From positions 704,001 to 768,000 of the forward strand of contig CAXXMV010000006.1 of NCBI GenBank assembly GCA_963662285.2: a DNA stretch of 64,000 nucleotides, given 5' to 3'. Every line of letters begins with the position of its first letter. Position 1 is the stretch's first letter. Both the position numbers and the translations under genes were made by a program. Under the pieces are notes generated by a model. That model had not been told where the DNA came from, ran no database searches, and worked only from the letters and a program-made list of their open reading frames with translations. Below, one piece after another: positions 10,230-20,777 of the stretch. The DNA comes from a bacterium. GTDB taxonomy: Bacteria; Hinthialibacterota; Hinthialibacteria; Hinthialibacterales; Hinthialibacteraceae.

Positions 10230-12902
10230 ATGATACCCTCTAAAGTATATTTTTATCTCCCGTTTATCTTATTGATTGTCGCTCAAACAGGTTTTGCCAT
10301 CACCGAAATAAGCGGAGATATTTATGATGGTAATGGCGGCCCGTTAATCGCGGGAACCTATGATGTCTCTGGTGAAGTCACCATTCCCGAAGGCCAAACC
10401 CTGACTATCGAAGGCGGCGCCATACTCAAATTCCGCCCCGGGAAAAATTTCAATATTGACGGCGCATTAAATGTCCAGGGTCTTGCCAATGACCGCGTTT
10501 TTTTCACCAGTCAAGACGATAATGATATCGGTGAAAATCATCCTAACTCAAGCGGGAATCCCGAACCGGGCGATTGGCCCAAAATAGAATTCAACCAAAA
10601 CAGTTCAGGAACAGTTAAATTCGCGGTTTTCCGCTATGGAGGGCGTTGGGCCGGGGGAACCAATACCAATGTTTTAACAATCAGAGGAAAAGTCGATATC
10701 TTTGACTGCTTCTTCACCCTCAACCTCAACTCAAATATTCTTATCAGCGACAATATTTCTCAGATCGACATAGAACGCACGAAAATACGCGGGGCGGTTA
10801 ATGGTGCAGGAATTGCAATTGAAGGCATCGCCAATACGGCAATACGGGACTGCGTTATCGAACAATGCGAAGATGAAGCCATTCACCTGGACGATCCAAC
10901 CAACCTCATCACCTGTACTTTTGAAAACATCCAGGCGGTTGATAACGATGTAAACGCCATAGAGACATCAGGCATGATTACCAAATCCGGCGCCATTTCA
11001 GTGACTACATTACCAATCTTTCTATCATGGGATATCGAAATCGGATCCAATGAGCCCGCTGAACTGGACATTACAGTTAACGTGGCGCCGGGAGTGGTAT
11101 TCAAATCGCCTAATAGATCAATCCAGGTATTTGATAAACTTAACTTTAATGGAACTGCCGACAATCCAATTTTCATGACCTCAGAAGAAGACGATTCGGT
11201 CGGAGGCGACGTGCGCTCTGATGGCGTCGAAAGTCAACCCGAGCCGGGGCAATGGTCTAAACTTGAATATAATGAGGGCAGCAGCGGTTCCATCAACCAC
11301 ACCATTTTCCGCTATGGCGGACGCTGGGGCGGCGGAACTAATACTAATGTTCTCGTTACGAATGGAACAATAACCGTCAACAACTGCCTGTTTGAATCCA
11401 ATCAAAATTCCGCCATTTTCATTGATGGAAAAACCGTCCTGGATAATGTAAAAATCAAAAACACCATCAGTGGTCATGGTATCCAGATAGGCGATGTAAT
11501 TTCATCAAGCGTTATTCGCAATTGTGAAATTGACCACTGTGAGGATTCCGCCATTTACATGAATAATCCATCAAATTTACTTACCTGTTCTTTTGACAAC
11601 ATTACGGCAACCAACAACGATGTTAACGCCATTGAAACCAATGGAACTATTTCCATATCCGGCGATATAACCACAACCGCATTGCCTATTTTCATTTATC
11701 AAGATATTGAAATCGGATACAGCGATCCAGATGAACCGGATGTGGTCGTCAATGTCAAACCGGGAGTTATTTTCAAAATGAGAAACCGAGCTTTTCGCGT
11801 TCATGATACCCTGAACATCCAGGGAACCGCTTCAAATCCGGTATTCTTCACCTCTGACCGGGATGATTCAGTTGGAGGCGACACCCGGAGCGATGGCGCT
11901 GAAAACATTGCAGAACCGGGTCAATGGCCTAAATTGGAATACAACGATGAAAGCCGGGGAACCATTTCACATGCTATTTTAAGGTATGGCGGTCAATGGG
12001 GCGGCGGAACAGCTGTTTCGATGCTGGATATCACCAGTCCCGAATTAAAGATAAGTGATGTCTTACTTGAATACTCTAGAAATGACGCCATCCGGCTGGG
12101 GGATGGTCATTATACTTTAGACCGCGTAATAGCGCGCAATAATAGCGGCGGTTTATGGCTCAATGATTCAGGAAACACAAATATCACCTCATCTCAATTC
12201 ACCCATAATGGAAGAGATGGCATCTTAATCGAAGATAACCATTCACTTAAAGCCACAGGATTGCTGCTCGCCAATAATGAACGCAACGGCGTCTATGTCA
12301 GATCAGGGGGATCAGTTCAAGTCAATCAAAGTGATATTGTTGACAATCAAGATTGGGCGGTTGAAATGAGAGAACCCATTGTCGCAGATTTCTTAGGCAA
12401 CTACTGGGGAGAAAGCAACGGACCTTTCGATGACAATAGCAGCGTGCAATCTGAAAACGACCAATTAAATCTGCTCAACGATTCCAACGCCGCCAACCGG
12501 GTAACGGATTTTGTCAATTGGGGAAATCCTTCTCCAAACTCATTCCTCACACCACCAGTTACCGGCTCTTTCCCCATATTACTAGAAGGATTTGATGCCA
12601 TTCTTTTACATCAATTCCAAGCATCAATTCCGGTATTCGGCAACAATCTAATCGCATGTTCCAATAGAGAAAGCATCATCGTTGACCGCCGCGGCGATGG
12701 AGATTACCTAATCTGGCTTACGGCTGACGGTCAACAAGACATCGCCCGGACGCCTTCATCACTCCAGATAATTCAGGGAATTGTTCCCGCAGGCGGCAAT
12801 GCAATTCAAGTGCTTGTGGAAAACCTGACAGAAAATTCCTGGTCCATTTACCAAATATCAGGCCCGATCTACACCGCCATCAAAGATTTCATGCAGTATT
12901 GA
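10230..12902 (+). CDS. Secreted right-handed beta-helix protein with three internal repeats
   Basis: GGAG before ATG 10230 and a signal peptide ending TGFA. The motif F[FM]TS..D.....PG[DQ]W.K.E[FY]N..S.G......RYGG.W.GGT occurs three times. Confidence 0.8.
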   Translation: MIPSKVYFYLPFILLIVAQTGFAITEISGDIYDGNGGPLIAGTYDVSGEVTIPEGQTLTIEGGAILKFRPGKNFNIDGALNVQGLANDRVFFTSQDDNDIGENHPNSSGNPEPGDWPKIEFNQNSSGTVKFAVFRYGGRWAGGTNTNVLTIRGKVDIFDCFFTLNLNSNILISDNISQIDIERTKIRGAVNGAGIAIEGIANTAIRDCVIEQCEDEAIHLDDPTNLITCTFENIQAVDNDVNAIETSGMITKSGAISVTTLPIFLSWDIEIGSNEPAELDITVNVAPGVVFKSPNRSIQVFDKLNFNGTADNPIFMTSEEDDSVGGDVRSDGVESQPEPGQWSKLEYNEGSSGSINHTIFRYGGRWGGGTNTNVLVTNGTITVNNCLFESNQNSAIFIDGKTVLDNVKIKNTISGHGIQIGDVISSSVIRNCEIDHCEDSAIYMNNPSNLLTCSFDNITATNNDVNAIETNGTISISGDITTTALPIFIYQDIEIGYSDPDEPDVVVNVKPGVIFKMRNRAFRVHDTLNIQGTASNPVFFTSDRDDSVGGDTRSDGAENIAEPGQWPKLEYNDESRGTISHAILRYGGQWGGGTAVSMLDITSPELKISDVLLEYSRNDAIRLGDGHYTLDRVIARNNSGGLWLNDSGNTNITSSQFTHNGRDGILIEDNHSLKATGLLLANNERNGVYVRSGGSVQVNQSDIVDNQDWAVEMREPIVADFLGNYWGESNGPFDDNSSVQSENDQLNLLNDSNAANRVTDFVNWGNPSPNSFLTPPVTGSFPILLEGFDAILLHQFQASIPVFGNNLIACSNRESIIVDRRGDGDYLIWLTADGQQDIARTPSSLQIIQGIVPAGGNAIQVLVENLTENSWSIYQISGPIYTAIKDFMQY

Positions 12903-12919
12903 TTCTTCAGTAAAACAAA

Positions 12920-12963
12920 AGGCCATACAGAATCATTCAAAAACAATGCATTCTGTATGGCCT
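12920..12963. terminator. Hairpin between convergent genes (probable terminator)
   Basis: AGGCCATACAGAAT ... ATTCTGTATGGCCT, preceded by an A-rich run that gives a U-tract on the minus strand. Confidence 0.55.
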
Positions 12964-14492
12964 AAACTATTAATCAAAACAGGGTAGGTCGCGCCTTACC
13001 GACCTACCAAAGCCACCTATGATTTATTCTTATCCACAACATCACCTCCACTGTTATCCGAAATGGTGTTATTTGACAGTGTGGCTTTTCCGCCTTTATA
13101 TATTAATAAACCGCTTTTTTGGTTGTTTTTTGATTGGTTATTTGTCAGCGTGACATTACTCCCGATATCGACCACAATACCCTCGCCCTGGTTTTTTTCC
13201 ACTATATTACCATCAGCAATACCGGAAGCCCCTTTCACAAATGCAATGCCATCGATGTTATTCGATTTGCAGCGATTATTTTTCACCGTAACGTTAGTAG
13301 AGGATTCAAAAATTAGGATGCCGGATTCTTTGTTTTTCTCACAATGATTGTCTTCAATCGTGCCTTTGGCGCCTTCATTAAATATGATTCCGCTACGATA
13401 ATTATCCCGGCATATATTCTTGGTCAGAGTTGCCTGCGTGCCAGTATGCATAATAACGATTCCCGCCTCTTCGTTGAATTTACAGGTGTTTGAGGTCAGG
13501 ACGCCCTTGGCGCCTTCGACAAACACGATTCCGCTCATTTTGTTTTTGATGCATTGATTGTACTTAAGAAATGGCGAAGTTCCTTTGTGGTATACGCCGA
13601 TACCGAATTGGGTGTTTTCTGAACAGATATTATGTTCTGCTGTACCACTGGCTCCATCCATATAGCGTATACCATCGATATTCCACATGCATTTGTTATT
13701 ACGCAGGACTGGTGAAGTGTTTATATTAGTTAAGCCAATACCAAAGCATCTGTTTTCCGTGCATATATTACTGCTGGCTGATCCCTTGGCGCCCTTGTCA
13801 TAATAGATTCCACTTTCACAATTATAAATGGAGTTTTTGAGAATCGCAGGAGACGTCCCCTGACCTGAAACATAAATTCCTGCCCCTCTCACCATATTGT
13901 TTAACGAATTATTTTCAATCACGCCCTTGGCTTGATCAAGCATATAGACGCCATAGCACAACTGATGTGCTATAAAATTATTCTTGATAACCGGAGCGCA
14001 GCCCGCCCCTTGCGCAAAAATACCATATTTGCAGTTTCCCATTGTGCAATCATTAATAACAGGTTTACAAGCGCCCCATAAACCAATCGCATAATAATTA
14101 AAATCCTGTATTATGCAATTCGATATTTCAATGGAACTACCAACGACGCCAATTCCGTTCAAGGTATCTTTTATTGTGGTGGGATTTTTGTTTTTCAAGG
14201 TTTTCGCATTAAACAACATTTTAACCGTAAAATTAGATATCTGCCCGGTAGAGCATTTTTCTGCAAAAATTGCATGCATTTCATCGCTTTGAATTATAGT
14301 TTTTTCGACGCTTTCACCAATTAAATTGATGCCATCCTTGAATATAAGACTCTCCTTATAGACTCCGTTTTTGACGCGCACCGTCTCACCTTTCTTACAG
14401 GCGGTTATGGCGGCTTTAATAGTTGGATACTTATCAGGAACGATAATATCCGCTCTGGAGCCTTTAGTAATGAAGGAAACAATAAAGATAAC

Positions 14493-15883
14493 GGTTCTAT
14501 AAAGAAATCTGTGGGTGAATGATAGCAAAAATACTTCGAATAGTAGAGGTATAAAAAAGACATCCGGTCTCTTATCCTGAAAGAATGAAATCAGCGAAAA
14601 ATCATCAACCAGGAGGAAACCGGATGGATGTCATTAGAATCCTCAATCGTGTTCATAAAATCAAGGGGTATGTATATGCTTCTAGCAAATTTGGTGAATG
14701 GAATGGTAAAACATCCATAGAGGTAAAAGTCCGTGCTCATGTCAAAAGCCGCCCGATATGTTCATGCTGCGGAGAAAAAGGATCAGGTTATGACAGATTA
14801 GATGCGCGCCGATTTGAGTTTATCCCGATATGGGGATTAACCGTATTCCTGATCTATGCCATGCGCCGCGTGAATTGTCACCGCTGTGGAGTGAAAGTTG
14901 AAAAGGTACCTTGGGCCGATGGTAAACATGAATTAACGCATATCTATCAATGGTTCTTGGCGAGCTGGGCCAAGCGGATGAGTTGGAGCCAAGTGGCGGA
15001 AGCATTTCAAACAAGTTGGTACAATGTTTTTCATTCGGTTGAACGGGCGGTAGAATGGGGCCGCCAGCATGTGAACCTGGAAGGAATCACCGCCATTGGA
15101 ATCGATGAAATGCAATGGGGCGGCGGCCATCAGTATGTGACAGTGGTATATCAAATCAATGAGAATTGCAAACGGCTGCTGTGGATCGGGGAAAAAAGAA
15201 AGATCAAAACACTGTTGAAATTCTTCAGATGGTTCGGGGAAGAGCGTTCAAAAAAATTGGAATTTGTGTGCAGTGATATGTGGAAAGCTTATCTCAAAGT
15301 CATTCGCAAAAAAGCCAAAAGCGCGCTGAATGTATTGGATCGGTTTCACATCATGGCTCATATGAACAAAGCCATAGATCAAGTCCGCGCTGGAGAATCC
15401 CGTGAATTGAAGGCCAAGGGATTAGAACCGGTATTAAAAGGAAGTCGCTGGTGGTTTCTGAAACGCCCGGATAATTTGACAGTCAAGCAGGTCGATAAAT
15501 TAGCCAACGTGGTTCGATATAATCTGCGCACGGTGAGAAGTTATCTTCTCAAAGAGGAATTTCAATTTTTCTGGGAATATAAATCAGCATGGTGGGCTGG
15601 ACGCTTCATGGATCAGTGGTGTACTAAAACCATGCGCTCGCGAATCGAACCAATGAAGAAAGTGGCCAAGATGCTGCGCAACCATCGCGAACTGATTTTG
15701 AACTGGTTTCGGGCGAAAAAGGAGTTTTCTTCTGGAGTGGTGGAAGGCTTAAACAACAAGGCCAAAGTGACTACCAAAATGGCGTACGGTTTTCGAACCT
15801 ACAAAGCGCTGGAAATCGCCTTATATCATACACTTGGCGATTTACCAGAACCAAATTTCACCCACAGATTTTTTTGAAGAGGC
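14493..15883 (+). mobile_element. ISL3-family insertion sequence (1391 bp)
   Basis: Terminal IRs GGTTCTATAAAGAAATCTGTGGGTGAA and GCCTCTTCAAAAAAATCTGTGGGTGAA match at 22/27. The 8-bp direct repeat AAGATAAC lies at 14485-14492 and 15884-15891. Confidence 0.95.
14624..15877 (+). CDS. ISL3-family transposase
   Basis: Zn finger CSCCG..CHRCG, then AIGIDE, VCSDMWKAY, LDRFHIM and SSGVVEGLNNKAK..AYGFR. AGGAGG precedes ATG 14624. Confidence 0.95.
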   Translation: MDVIRILNRVHKIKGYVYASSKFGEWNGKTSIEVKVRAHVKSRPICSCCGEKGSGYDRLDARRFEFIPIWGLTVFLIYAMRRVNCHRCGVKVEKVPWADGKHELTHIYQWFLASWAKRMSWSQVAEAFQTSWYNVFHSVERAVEWGRQHVNLEGITAIGIDEMQWGGGHQYVTVVYQINENCKRLLWIGEKRKIKTLLKFFRWFGEERSKKLEFVCSDMWKAYLKVIRKKAKSALNVLDRFHIMAHMNKAIDQVRAGESRELKAKGLEPVLKGSRWWFLKRPDNLTVKQVDKLANVVRYNLRTVRSYLLKEEFQFFWEYKSAWWAGRFMDQWCTKTMRSRIEPMKKVAKMLRNHRELILNWFRAKKEFSSGVVEGLNNKAKVTTKMAYGFRTYKALEIALYHTLGDLPEPNFTHRFF

Positions 15884-15990
15884 AAGATAACAATAAGTGA
15901 TTTTATGATGAAAGACGTATGGTGGAGCATATTTTCCCTTTCTCTACATTATTATCCAAAGTTTGGTGCAAGAATTTTATTTTCAATGTT

Positions 15991-17502
15991 TTAATCTTTT
16001 AATGATAGTATCTGACATTTTCCTTTGATTGCCGGCACGGCTATGGTTTTTCCGTTTATGGTGATTTGCTCGATGGATGAGTTATCAGTGAAATCAGTGC
16101 GGCGGATCAACACTTTATCCTTCAAGCGCAATCCGGATATTACGCAGCCGGGTTTTTGGGGGACGCTGAAGTTGACCGGGACGCCGTTATCCAGGAACTC
16201 ACCATACTGCTGAGCAGCGCTCCAAACCGGATGCAAGAGACTGACCTCTTTGGCCTGTTCTTTCTGGGCGCACCACAGAAAGAAAGTATCCGTCCCCCGC
16301 AGCAGCATGTGCCACAGTAGTTCCTGATAGGCCCATTCACTCATTTGCTGAGGCTTGGTCAGACCTTGGGATGGCTTGTTGTATGCTTCGCTTAATCCTA
16401 CATCGACTGTATGCCAGTGTACGAAAGCGATAATAGGGACTTCGCTTGGCGTGTGACTTCCTGCGTTGCTTGCAACTAGAAGACCATTATAGAACCAGCG
16501 GTAGTCGCCCGGTTCGAAATCATACCAGTTCCAGGTCCATGACCAGGGGTAGACCACCGGCATGGAGAAGGTGTATCCGGTAGTTTCAAAGTCATTAGCC
16601 CAATGTCTATAACCAGCCTTCTGGTCGACCAGAACGGGTTGGCCTTCAACGGAATGTTCAAAATAGTCGTACCAGTATCGCCAACCGTCATGGGGATAAA
16701 CGGCGTAGTTGCCTACTAGCGCTTTAGGGAACATGTCAAGAACCGGTTCGGCGTAAGCCAGACGTTGCAAGCGGCTGCGGATAAGGCGCAGTTCGTGTTG
16801 ATAAGAGAGGAAATCGTCGGGTCGGGGGATGTTTTCACGGCATATACGGCAGCGTTTGGAGGCTTGATGCGCCCGGTTCCATTCCAGGGGGCCGTCGATT
16901 TCCCAATCGGCGAAGATGAAATCTACTGGAGTCTGTTCTTTCTTGTAAGCGTTCAGGAATGGAGTGAAGCGGTCTTTGATGGCTGGGATGCGGTGTTCCA
17001 GGCGGAAAGGGCAGCCCATTGTTTTTTTGCCGAATGTATCATCAAAGAACGGGGCGCCTTCTGAATCTATATGAGCGGTTTCAGGTGAGCCATCAAAGAA
17101 ACTGTAGAGCAGCGAATTGGCGTTGACGTTTACCCGAAGACCTTGTTTCTTTTGAGCGCGGGCTATGGGAAGGCATTCGGCAAGATTATCTTCCGGGCTT
17201 TTATGGTTCCAGGAACAAACCAGACCGACGCCTCTTTGATCGAGTAGTTTAACCAGTTCTTCGGCCTGTTGGTCGTTGAGTTTTCCCGGATTCATGGCAG
17301 GCCATAGATATAACGGCAAGCGGTTATTGCGTTCGAACTTAAGTGGTTTAGTCTGGTCGAGAACCAGTTGGATATGTTTGGCCCATTTTGTTTGATCGTC
17401 TTTTGCGCCAGCCAGATTGCCTGTATTGAGACTGGTTGCCAAAATTAAAAGCAAACCAAGCGTAACTAGTATTCTGCGATTCATTTTATCTGATACCCCC
17501 AT
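15991..17502 (-). CDS. Secreted hypothetical protein (possible GH-like barrel)
   Basis: Signal peptide, aromatic-rich, GCPF and VDFIFADWEIDGP motifs. No confident family. Confidence 0.7.
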   Translation of the reverse strand: MGVSDKMNRRILVTLGLLLILATSLNTGNLAGAKDDQTKWAKHIQLVLDQTKPLKFERNNRLPLYLWPAMNPGKLNDQQAEELVKLLDQRGVGLVCSWNHKSPEDNLAECLPIARAQKKQGLRVNVNANSLLYSFFDGSPETAHIDSEGAPFFDDTFGKKTMGCPFRLEHRIPAIKDRFTPFLNAYKKEQTPVDFIFADWEIDGPLEWNRAHQASKRCRICRENIPRPDDFLSYQHELRLIRSRLQRLAYAEPVLDMFPKALVGNYAVYPHDGWRYWYDYFEHSVEGQPVLVDQKAGYRHWANDFETTGYTFSMPVVYPWSWTWNWYDFEPGDYRWFYNGLLVASNAGSHTPSEVPIIAFVHWHTVDVGLSEAYNKPSQGLTKPQQMSEWAYQELLWHMLLRGTDTFFLWCAQKEQAKEVSLLHPVWSAAQQYGEFLDNGVPVNFSVPQKPGCVISGLRLKDKVLIRRTDFTDNSSIEQITINGKTIAVPAIKGKCQILSLKD

Positions 17503-17740
17503 TTATTATTTAAAGAGTAATGGATGAAACGTTTTTAATATACTGGAAAGAAATTAGATCATATAATATGTGGATTTAACTCTCAAGCGTAGAATGAGAA
17601 ATTGTTGAGTATTGTTTTAGAAAATTGCTCAAGCCTAGAAAAAAAAACGTTATATATTTAAGTGTTCATCTTGAATAGTAGTTATACTGGATGTTAAGAT
17701 CAGAAATATCTTTTGCGTTGTTTTTAATGGGAGACGAATA

Positions 17741-18379
17741 ATGAAAAAAGGTTTTACGTTAATTGAATTATTGATAGTAGTGGCCATTATCGGAATTTTG
17801 GCGGCTATCGCTGTGCCCAATTTTCTTAATGCGCAGATTCGCGCGAAAGTGGCGCGTTGCGTTGCTGATATGAAATCAGTTACTACTTCGGTGCAGATGC
17901 TGCAAGCTGACCGGGGAGTGTTATTAGTGGATTGGTGGGATGATGATGCAGAGTGGGGTCATGAGCGGTTGCGTGAAAAGTTTAATATGGTTGGCGCAGG
18001 CGATTATGAGAATCGCTCAACCAATATGGTGCTGGGGCCATTGACCAGTCCAATCAGTTATATGAGCGCGATTCCTCTTGATCCATTTTTACCTAGTGAA
18101 GAGAAATGGCATACCTCTTATAGGTATGGAGATAATGACGTCGCTGATCCTGGAGAGGATCATGGATATGGCGCTATCTTCGCTGCTAATGTAAAAAACA
18201 CAGGTTTGAGACCATTGAACACCAATAATTTTATCCTGGTCGGCATCGGGCCTGACGGCATCTTCGGATTGGGCGCCGGGTTTGGCGACGCTAACCGGGC
18301 GCTGCCTTATGAGGGCAGCAACGGATTGGTCAGCGCTGGCGATATTTCGTTGCGCGGCGGCGGTGGGATTAATCAGTAA
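17741..18379 (+). CDS. Prepilin-type N-terminal cleavage/methylation protein (pseudopilin-like)
   Basis: MKKG/FTLIELLIVVAIIGILAAIAVPNF, with DPF and GIGPDG motifs. Confidence 0.9.
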   Translation: MKKGFTLIELLIVVAIIGILAAIAVPNFLNAQIRAKVARCVADMKSVTTSVQMLQADRGVLLVDWWDDDAEWGHERLREKFNMVGAGDYENRSTNMVLGPLTSPISYMSAIPLDPFLPSEEKWHTSYRYGDNDVADPGEDHGYGAIFAANVKNTGLRPLNTNNFILVGIGPDGIFGLGAGFGDANRALPYEGSNGLVSAGDISLRGGGGINQ

Positions 18380-18423
18380 GCGGCGTATGGGGGTAGGGGT
18401 GGTTTTGGGCGCCCATGAAAGGC

Positions 18424-18510
18424 AATGTCATTAAGTTAAGGAATTTCACCCTATTGTTGGTGGTTTGATCAAGGGCTGACCGCATTGCGGTCTTGCCCTT
18501 GGCGCCCATC
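18424..18510 (+). repeat. REP family A copy 3, long form with AATGTCATTAAGTTAAGG end
   Basis: 87 bp closely matching the reverse complement of 35339-35425; sits between convergent genes. Confidence 0.85.
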
Positions 18511-18543
18511 TTCTTTCTTTATTGGTATACAGTTGTTTCTTGA

Positions 18544-19374
18544 TTATTTTCTATTTTCCAAAACATATTGGGCTATTGTAGCGACGGCGTCGATCCAGAT
18601 TCCGTTGGCCGGGTCTTTGGCGTATTGACATAGTTTTTCCAGGCTGGGGATCAGGGTGGTCTGGTTGCCTGATGGGGCGATTTCGTGTCCAGCCAGAATT
18701 AGCCAGCGTCCTTCTTTGGCTGCGCTATCTACCAGTTTCTTTAACTCTTCGAATGATTTGCCATCGCTCTCCATACCTTCAAGATGAGAAAAATCGCAGA
18801 ACCAGGGATCATTGGATGATTCACCCAGCCACCCGCGTCCGGTCAAGAACTTTTTGGATACCAGGGCGGCGTAGGTCTTCTGATTTTGACCGCGTCCCAC
18901 GAATTTTTGACCGCAGGGATAGGCGAAACTAACGGGGGTGATTTTCAAGTGGTCGAAGGTGAATTGGTTGGCTTTGTCCATTTCCTGTTCGATTTTGTCG
19001 AGAGTGTAGTTTTCCAGTGCGTTTTGGCGGGAGAATGCGTAGTTGCCGGTGCAGGGATGAGTCATGGTGTGGTTGCCGATTTCGTGACCTGCTTTTATTG
19101 CTGCAATCCAGCCATCTTTTCTTTGGAGTAAACTGTTGGGTGAAATATAGAAAGTTGCTTTTACGGCATATTTATTAAGCAGAGGGATTCCCGCGTCGAT
19201 CTGGCTTAGACGGGCGTCGTCGAAGGTTAAACTTACCGCGCAACGTTTGCCTTCGGGCCATGGAAACGGTTTGTCCCTGGGTTGATCGGGGATTTTATAT
19301 TGCGCCATAATAATACTCACATTTAAGAATGAAAAACATACAAAGAGAATGGTGGTTTTGGTTAGATGCTTCAT
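18544..19374 (-). CDS. Polysaccharide deacetylase (CE4/NodB-like), secreted
   Basis: VSLTFDDA, KATFYI, GHEIGNHTMTHP, SFAYPCG and LILAGHE. Confidence 0.9.
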   Translation of the reverse strand: MKHLTKTTILFVCFSFLNVSIIMAQYKIPDQPRDKPFPWPEGKRCAVSLTFDDARLSQIDAGIPLLNKYAVKATFYISPNSLLQRKDGWIAAIKAGHEIGNHTMTHPCTGNYAFSRQNALENYTLDKIEQEMDKANQFTFDHLKITPVSFAYPCGQKFVGRGQNQKTYAALVSKKFLTGRGWLGESSNDPWFCDFSHLEGMESDGKSFEELKKLVDSAAKEGRWLILAGHEIAPSGNQTTLIPSLEKLCQYAKDPANGIWIDAVATIAQYVLENRK

Positions 19375-19620
19375 GGTAGTCTCCCTAAGATTATGAAAAA
19401 TTCAGGTGCGGTTCAAATTACATTACAATACAATAACTGGTATGTCTAGCTGGCTTTGGTGACTGCAAACATTAACTTATGGATGGTTTGTCTTTATTCT
19501 TAGAATCGTTGTTATAGTAGTAGTGTGAGCAATTTCTTTTGATTGGTGGAGTTTTTCTATGGGTACTGCGTTTTACCGGGCGCCCACGAGGGGCGCGCCC
19601 TACATTAGGTGATTATTAAT

Positions 19621-19657
19621 CCCTCTCACCCTAACCCTCTCCCGGCGGGAGAGGGGA
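19621..19657 (+). repeat. CCCTCACCCTAACCCTCTCCC...GGGAGAGGGG REP-like palindrome (family C)
   Basis: Near-identical copy at 21300-21335. Confidence 0.8.
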
Positions 19658-19743
19658 CTTGGTTACCTGACATTATGAGTTGAACGGAGTACTAGACGAA
19701 CTTTGACGAAATTTGAAAATAGTTGTTGTTTATGGAGAAATCA

Positions 19744-20685
19744 ATGAATGATCAAATTATTCTTTCTTATGGCGAGGCCTTGTGGGATTTGTTGCCGACG
19801 GGTGAGGCGCTGGGGGGCGCTCCATTTAATTTTGCTTACCGGGCGCATTCACTGGGTAGCAAGTCGTTGATGATAACACGGTTGGGGCGTGATGATTATG
19901 GTCGGCGGGCGATGGATAAAATCATCGAACTGGGGATGGATAGCCGTTTGGTGCAATGGGATGAAGAGCGCCCGACCGGAACAGTTCAGATTCAGTTGGA
20001 TGAGCATAATCAACCTGATTATTATATTGTTCCCCATGCGGCCTATGACCGGATCGCGTTGACCGATGAGATGCTGGCTTGGGCGGCGCAGGCGAAATGC
20101 ATCTGTTTTGGAACGTTGGCGCAGCGGGAAGAAGGATCGCGCGCCACGCTGTTGAGATTACTGGAGGAGATGCAGGGGAAAATGAAACTGCTGGATATCA
20201 ACCTGCGCAAGGATTGTTTCAGTACTGATGTTATCACCCGGTCGTTGGATGAGGCCACGATGTTGAAATTGAACGAAGACGAGGCGCCGTATTTAAGCGA
20301 CCTGTTTTCTTTGCCGGATAATATACCCGATTTTTGTTATGCTGCGATTGAGCGCTGGTCGTTGTCGCATTGCATGATAACCCTGGGAGACAAAGGCGTG
20401 TTCGCCGGTTCAGCGGATGGCGGGGCTGTTTATGCTCCAGGTTTTAAGGTTGAACTGGCTGATCCATGCGGCGCCGGGGATGCATTTACCGCCGGTTTTA
20501 TTGATCGATTGTTTCGCGGTAAGGCATTGGGTGAATGCTGCCGATTTGGTAATGCGCTGGGGGCGCTGGTCGCTGCTCAACCGGGCGCCACTGTTCCTGT
20601 CTCGATTGATAAGATACAAAATTTTCTTGATTGTAAACCTGTAGAAATGATTGATGATAGTTTGCAAGATTTCATGACGGGTTGA
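19744..20685 (+). CDS. PfkB-family carbohydrate kinase (fructokinase-like)
   Basis: GEALWD..GGAPFNFA, DINLR, LKLNEDE and ADPCGAGDAFTAG. Start placed after GGAG. Confidence 0.9.
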   Translation: MNDQIILSYGEALWDLLPTGEALGGAPFNFAYRAHSLGSKSLMITRLGRDDYGRRAMDKIIELGMDSRLVQWDEERPTGTVQIQLDEHNQPDYYIVPHAAYDRIALTDEMLAWAAQAKCICFGTLAQREEGSRATLLRLLEEMQGKMKLLDINLRKDCFSTDVITRSLDEATMLKLNEDEAPYLSDLFSLPDNIPDFCYAAIERWSLSHCMITLGDKGVFAGSADGGAVYAPGFKVELADPCGAGDAFTAGFIDRLFRGKALGECCRFGNALGALVAAQPGATVPVSIDKIQNFLDCKPVEMIDDSLQDFMTG

Positions 20686-20777
20686 ATTTTCGGGAATTTT
20701 CTTGCTCGACTGGTGATTAGACCTATAATCTATATAAAATCGGTCAAGATTTTTAAACCAAGGAGCGAGGCGCCATT

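Larger units (their letters stand above)
13017..15930 (-). pseudogene. Secreted NosD/pectin-lyase-like parallel beta-helix protein interrupted by ISL3 in its signal peptide
   Basis: Body at 13017-14492 (IIVPDKYPTIKAAI..VKNGVYKE and many N.C..N...GI repeats). Original start is ATG 15930. Removing the IS and one TSD restores MLHHTSFIIKSLIVIFIVSFITKGSRA-DIIV in frame. Confidence 0.85.
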
